Assembly (NCBI RefSeq): GCF_009914755.1
Contig: NC_060926.1
Reading direction: 5' to 3' (one strand)
Length of the DNA stretch: 64,000 nucleotides
Source of the DNA: the human T2T-CHM13v2.0 reference genome, Homo sapiens
Part shown: positions 58,936-64,000 of the stretch, piece after piece
Layout: each line of letters begins with the position of its first letter
How positions within the stretch are numbered: position 1 is the first letter of the stretch
Notes under the pieces: model-generated
The model's database searches: none
Told to the model about the DNA's origin: nothing
The model's input: only the letters and a program-made list of their open reading frames with translations
Program-made: the position numbers and the translations under genes

Positions 58936-59471
58936 TCCTCTAATCATATTAGGTATGTAAATCGTGTGCCTGGAACTATGTTATATGTCATGTTTTGTTT
59001 TGAATTGTTTTGTTTAATATCCTACATTGACCTAACCCAGTGTTTTTCCATGAGGGCACTATATAGGTTTTTGGGGTGGTATAATTCATTATCATGTGGG
59101 ACTGTACATTTCAGGATGTTTGCTTGTCTCATCTTCAAAATGAACCTGTACGTTTCTGGGGAGTGGGTTGTTTTCACAGAAGAATATTGCAGGTGAAAAC
59201 TATTTGCTAAAAATGCTGAGCATGTAGTAAGTGCTTAATAAATGCTTGTTGCTGTAAGCTTTTGCTTTTAACTAGGCATGGTACCATCATTACAATTTTG
59301 TTTAATAGTTTAACCACAACATTGAATAGACTCTGTAAGGCCATTATAACACTGATGTTAAAAGGTAAGGACTATAAATATGCAAGTGTCTTGTTATGGT
59401 AATGCTAACTTTGTAGTAAAAACAATTTTGTAAACAATCAAATTTACATTTTAAACCTGGGAATATTATAG

Positions 59472-59583
59472 GTAGCACAGAGTGAAGCTGAAAAGAAATT
59501 GAAGAAGGATGACAAGAAGAAAGAATTGCAGGAGCTAAATGAGCTGTTCAAACCTGTAGTTGCTGCTCAAAAAATAAGTAAAG
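59472..59583 (+). CDS. ZC3H15: ZC3H15 coding exon 3
   Basis: Acceptor tattatag|, donor AAG|gtaaac; 112 nt; encodes [37 protein letters not shown] plus 1 nt; frame continuous with exons 2 and 4. Confidence 0.95.
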
Positions 59584-59884
59584 GTAAACTTAAAATTTCA
59601 GAAGTGTGATTTTTTATCAAATGTAGTTTATGCTAAAAACTATTTATTTTGATGTTTATTTTCTTTAGATAATGAGACAGTTATGTCTGAATGAAAATGT
59701 TACTCCATCAAAATTACCTATGTCAGTGGGTTGCTTATGATTCCTCTGTATATGTTCACATCTGTGTCATTGTACAGCTGAACTGCAGCCATGCACCCCA
59801 CACTTAAGGCAAAATTAGTAATTTAATAGACTGCTAATTGATTTATAACATTCAGTCTTTGGTAGTAGGTAAGCAAAGCCATAG

Positions 59885-60307
<423 letters not shown>

Positions 60308-60562
60308 TGAAATAGCCTATGTTCTTGTTTGGTTTCCCACTCTCTGCCACCTTTCATAGTCAGAATAAAAGAAACAAAAGTAGACATAAATGCTACAAAA
60401 AGAACTTTAAAGAAATGTCTTGCTAATCACCCATAAGTGCCGTTTTCCTCTCACATCAGTGAATGGAAAATAAGTTAACCAAAATTCATCATATTTCAGG
60501 TAGAATCTATACTTTACAGCCTGGCAGATTATAATACAAATACCATATGCCATTTGACATAG

Positions 60563-60715
60563 GTGCAGATCCCAAGTCTGTAGTATGTGCATTCTTCAAG
60601 CAAGGACAGTGTACTAAAGGAGATAAGTGTAAGTTCTCCCATGACTTGACTCTGGAGAGAAAATGTGAAAAGCGAAGTGTTTACATTGATGCAAGAGATG
60701 AAGAACTTGAAAAAG
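60563..60715 (+). CDS. ZC3H15: ZC3H15 coding exon 4 (first CCCH zinc finger)
   Basis: Acceptor gacatag|, donor AAG|gtaatt; 153 nt, phase 1-1; encodes [51 protein letters not shown] with C-x7-C-x5-C-x3-H. Confidence 0.97.
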
Positions 60716-60984
60716 GTAATTTTTTTAAAAACACTCTCTTAAAAATAAATGTTGAATACTTTCGGTTTGCTACTAAGATATTTATTAAATTGAAGAACAT
60801 TTCAATCTTAATAGACTGTTTATAAAAAATAATTAATTGGGTTTATTATTTTTTATAAAATCTGAAAATTACCATAATATGCCCTTTAAGTAAATGAAGA
60901 TACTTTAAAAAACAGTGATTTATTTTGGAATTGTCTGTCACCCTTTCCTTCAGTACTACCTGCTCATTTATCCAAAGTACTTAG

Positions 60985-61299
<315 letters not shown>

Positions 61300-61357
61300 T
61301 TGGTGAATAATCTTAAAACTATTTATTTCTGCCTTTGGTGTTTTAAGAAAACCGTGA

Positions 61358-61672
61358 GGCCAGGAGCAGTGGCTCATGCCTATAATCCCAGCACTTTGGG
61401 AGGCCAAGGCAGGAAGAATCACTTGAGCCCAAGAGTTCAAGACCAGCATAGGCAACATAATGAGACCCCATCTCTACAAAAAAATAGAAAAATTAGCCAG
61501 GCATTGTGTTGCATACCTGTAGACCCAGCTGCTTGGGAGGCTAAGGCAGGAGGAATTGATCGAGCTCAGTCAATCAAGGCTGATTGAGGGAGGTTAGGGC
61601 TTCAGTAGGCCGTGATCATGCTATCACACTCCATCCTGAGCAACAGTGAGACCCCGTCTCAACAAAAAGAAA
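61358..61672 (+). mobile_element. AluJ, sense in intron 4
   Basis: Alu consensus with a small right-arm insertion; TSD-like aagaaaaccgtg / aagaaaaatgtg. Confidence 0.9.
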
Positions 61673-61786
61673 AAGAAAAATGTGTTAAGCCATGAGTCTT
61701 ATAACACAGCATTAGTGTCTAAGGAGATATGTGTTGTGGGAGTAGTAGATAAGATTACAGTATTTAATCTTCATTTCTTTATTTAG

Positions 61787-61878
61787 ATACTATGGATAAT
61801 TGGGATGAGAAAAAGCTGGAAGAAGTAGTGAACAAGAAGCACGGTGAGGCGGAAAAGAAAAAACCAAAAACTCAAATA
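61787..61878 (+). CDS. ZC3H15: ZC3H15 coding exon 5
   Basis: Acceptor ttctttatttag|, donor ATA|gtatgt; 92 nt; encodes (D)[30 protein letters not shown]; returns the frame to phase 0. Confidence 0.96.
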
Positions 61879-62660
61879 GTATGTCCTTTTCTTGAATTGA
61901 GTTGCTGTGATATTTATCATTAGGGAGAATTATGTGGCAAGGTATTTGCTGCTATTTTCTATTAGATTATTCTGTAAGTTACTGGAAAATTTGATTTCAT
62001 CAAGATAAGGTACACGAAGCTTTATTTTTGGAATTTACAAGTTAGATTTTATAGATTCTTGTTCAGAAATAGCTGAACAAGAATAAAACTATGTTACCGA
62101 AGTCCTTTAAATGCCATTTTCTGAGGTGAACGTTCTCAAATATGGATAAACAAAATTACATATCCAGACAAAAATCCCTATTTTTTTGCACAGAGTGGAA
62201 GGAGGCCTGTTAAACTAACCCACTTAATAATGTATTTAGTTTTAATAGGGATAGATTTTTAAATTTTAAGGTTTAAAATATTTCTACATATGAATTCCAA
62301 AATGAATTTTTGGTAGGTAGTGGCTCTAATTCCAGGAAATGTACCTTTAAAAATTGGTTCTTGATGTCTCAAACTTTGCATTTATGTCTATATTTATAGT
62401 GAAGTTACAGTAAAAAGTCTTGCTGTGCTAGAATAATTCTAAATACTACATTCATACACATCTGTTATGTTTGTTTTTGGGGGCGGATACTGTTTGTTAA
62501 TTTTCTCTTACTTGCAAAGCTTAATACTTGAGGCTTAAATACAATTGTATCTTCTATCCATGTTGTGAAGGGTCACTCTCTTTGTGTTCCTTTTGTACCT
62601 TGCTCCTGTATACTGCTTGTGATTCATTTTTATTTAGGAAAGATCAAACCAAAGAAAATC

Positions 62661-62990
<330 letters not shown>

Positions 62991-63322
62991 TAATTGTATA
63001 TTCTGATTCGGGGGCGTACATTTACAAAGGGTAACTGAAACAAGTAAGTCATTTTCGTATGATTTAGAATTTAGAACAAATGAAAACTGTATAGATTCCC
63101 CTTTAAGGGAATTTGCCATTGTTCTACATATTTTAAGATAAACTTCTGTTGCATTTCTGCACAGAATAGAGGCTAGACAGAGCACCCTTATGTGCAGAAA
63201 TGAATAGAATGTACTTGTGTAATATAACGTACTTGTGTGTATACTTGTTCCATATACTCAGGCATTTACCTTGGAAATGGCCTACACTGAGCCACCGCTT
63301 GTGAATAATATTGTCTCTATAG

Positions 63323-63505
63323 GTGTGCAAGCATTTCCTGGAAGCTATTGAAAACAACAAGTATGGCTGGTTTTGGGTATGCCCTGGAGGGGGTGATATT
63401 TGCATGTATCGTCATGCACTTCCTCCTGGATTTGTGTTGAAAAAAGATAAAAAGAAAGAAGAGAAAGAAGATGAAATTTCATTAGAAGATCTAATTGAGA
63501 GAGAG
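63323..63505 (+). CDS. ZC3H15: ZC3H15 coding exon 6 (second, atypical CCCH finger); gene continues beyond the window
   Basis: Acceptor ttgtctctatag|, donor GAG|gtaact; 183 nt; encodes [61 protein letters not shown] with C-x17-C-x6-C-x3-H and the family KYGWFW motif. Confidence 0.97.
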
Positions 63506-64000
63506 GTAACTGGTATCCTTTTCCTACCATAAAAACTGAAAGCAGTATTTATTGTGAAATTCTAATACTTACCACTTGGGGGCAATAGCCTTTTATGAAA
63601 GGAAAAAAAAATATTGTGATCTATTCCCAAAGTTGCCCTACTTTAATTATTCTTGTATGTGTAAAATGTTAACCTAGCCATAAACATTAGCCAATCATGA
63701 CATTAATTTTAGGATTGTGAAACAGTCTTTTAAGTACTAGCTAATGGCTTATCAAATTATTTCTGTAAGATTGAGTTACTAAAAATGCTTAGTTCTCAGA
63801 TTGGTTGAATTTTTATAGTTTTAGATTTTTCGCCCTGATATCTTTTTTCACTAGTATATTAGTTATTAGCATATGTACGGAAGAAGACAACACTCTAGTT
63901 TTTAAATTATATGTTTTATCAGCTCTGGACTCAAAACACTCACTCTGCTTATAGAAGGGAATGAGTCTGAAGAGGATATTCAGCTACTTGTCTTTGGCTC

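Noticed and set aside
63140-63176. Upstream alternative acceptor for exon 6 (tttctgcacag)
   Set aside because: Would introduce an immediate stop; single motif with no other support

Overview
Hominid (almost certainly human) genomic DNA, AT-rich and dominated by repeats. About 45 kb of intergenic sequence is followed by the CpG-island promoter and first six coding exons of ZC3H15 (DFRP1/LEREPO4) on the + strand. These exons give 717 nt / 239 codons, include two CCCH zinc fingers, and the gene continues past the window end. An intronless, disabled retrocopy of the PRD-like homeobox gene DPRX lies antisense in intron 1 (~47845-48465) and is missed by the ORF track; it is probably DPRXP1. At ~29.6-38.6 kb is a nested transposon stack in which target-site duplications (TSDs) can be read for every inserted element: L2 > MLT1 LTR > old L1PA > (THE1 LTR, full-length SVA with a 3' transduction, Alu), plus a second, younger L1PA inside the same LTR. 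Candidate unannotated regulatory features of ZC3H15 are an 18-nt in-frame microexon or recursive splice site, a stop-containing 54-nt exon, tandem uORFs versus a TCT/TOP-like start, a cryptic donor in the 5' leader, and inverted Alu pairs around exons 4 and 5. I see no wholly new gene system; these candidates are hypotheses. Repeat subfamily names come from recognising consensus sequence by eye, and boundaries of old repeats are approximate.
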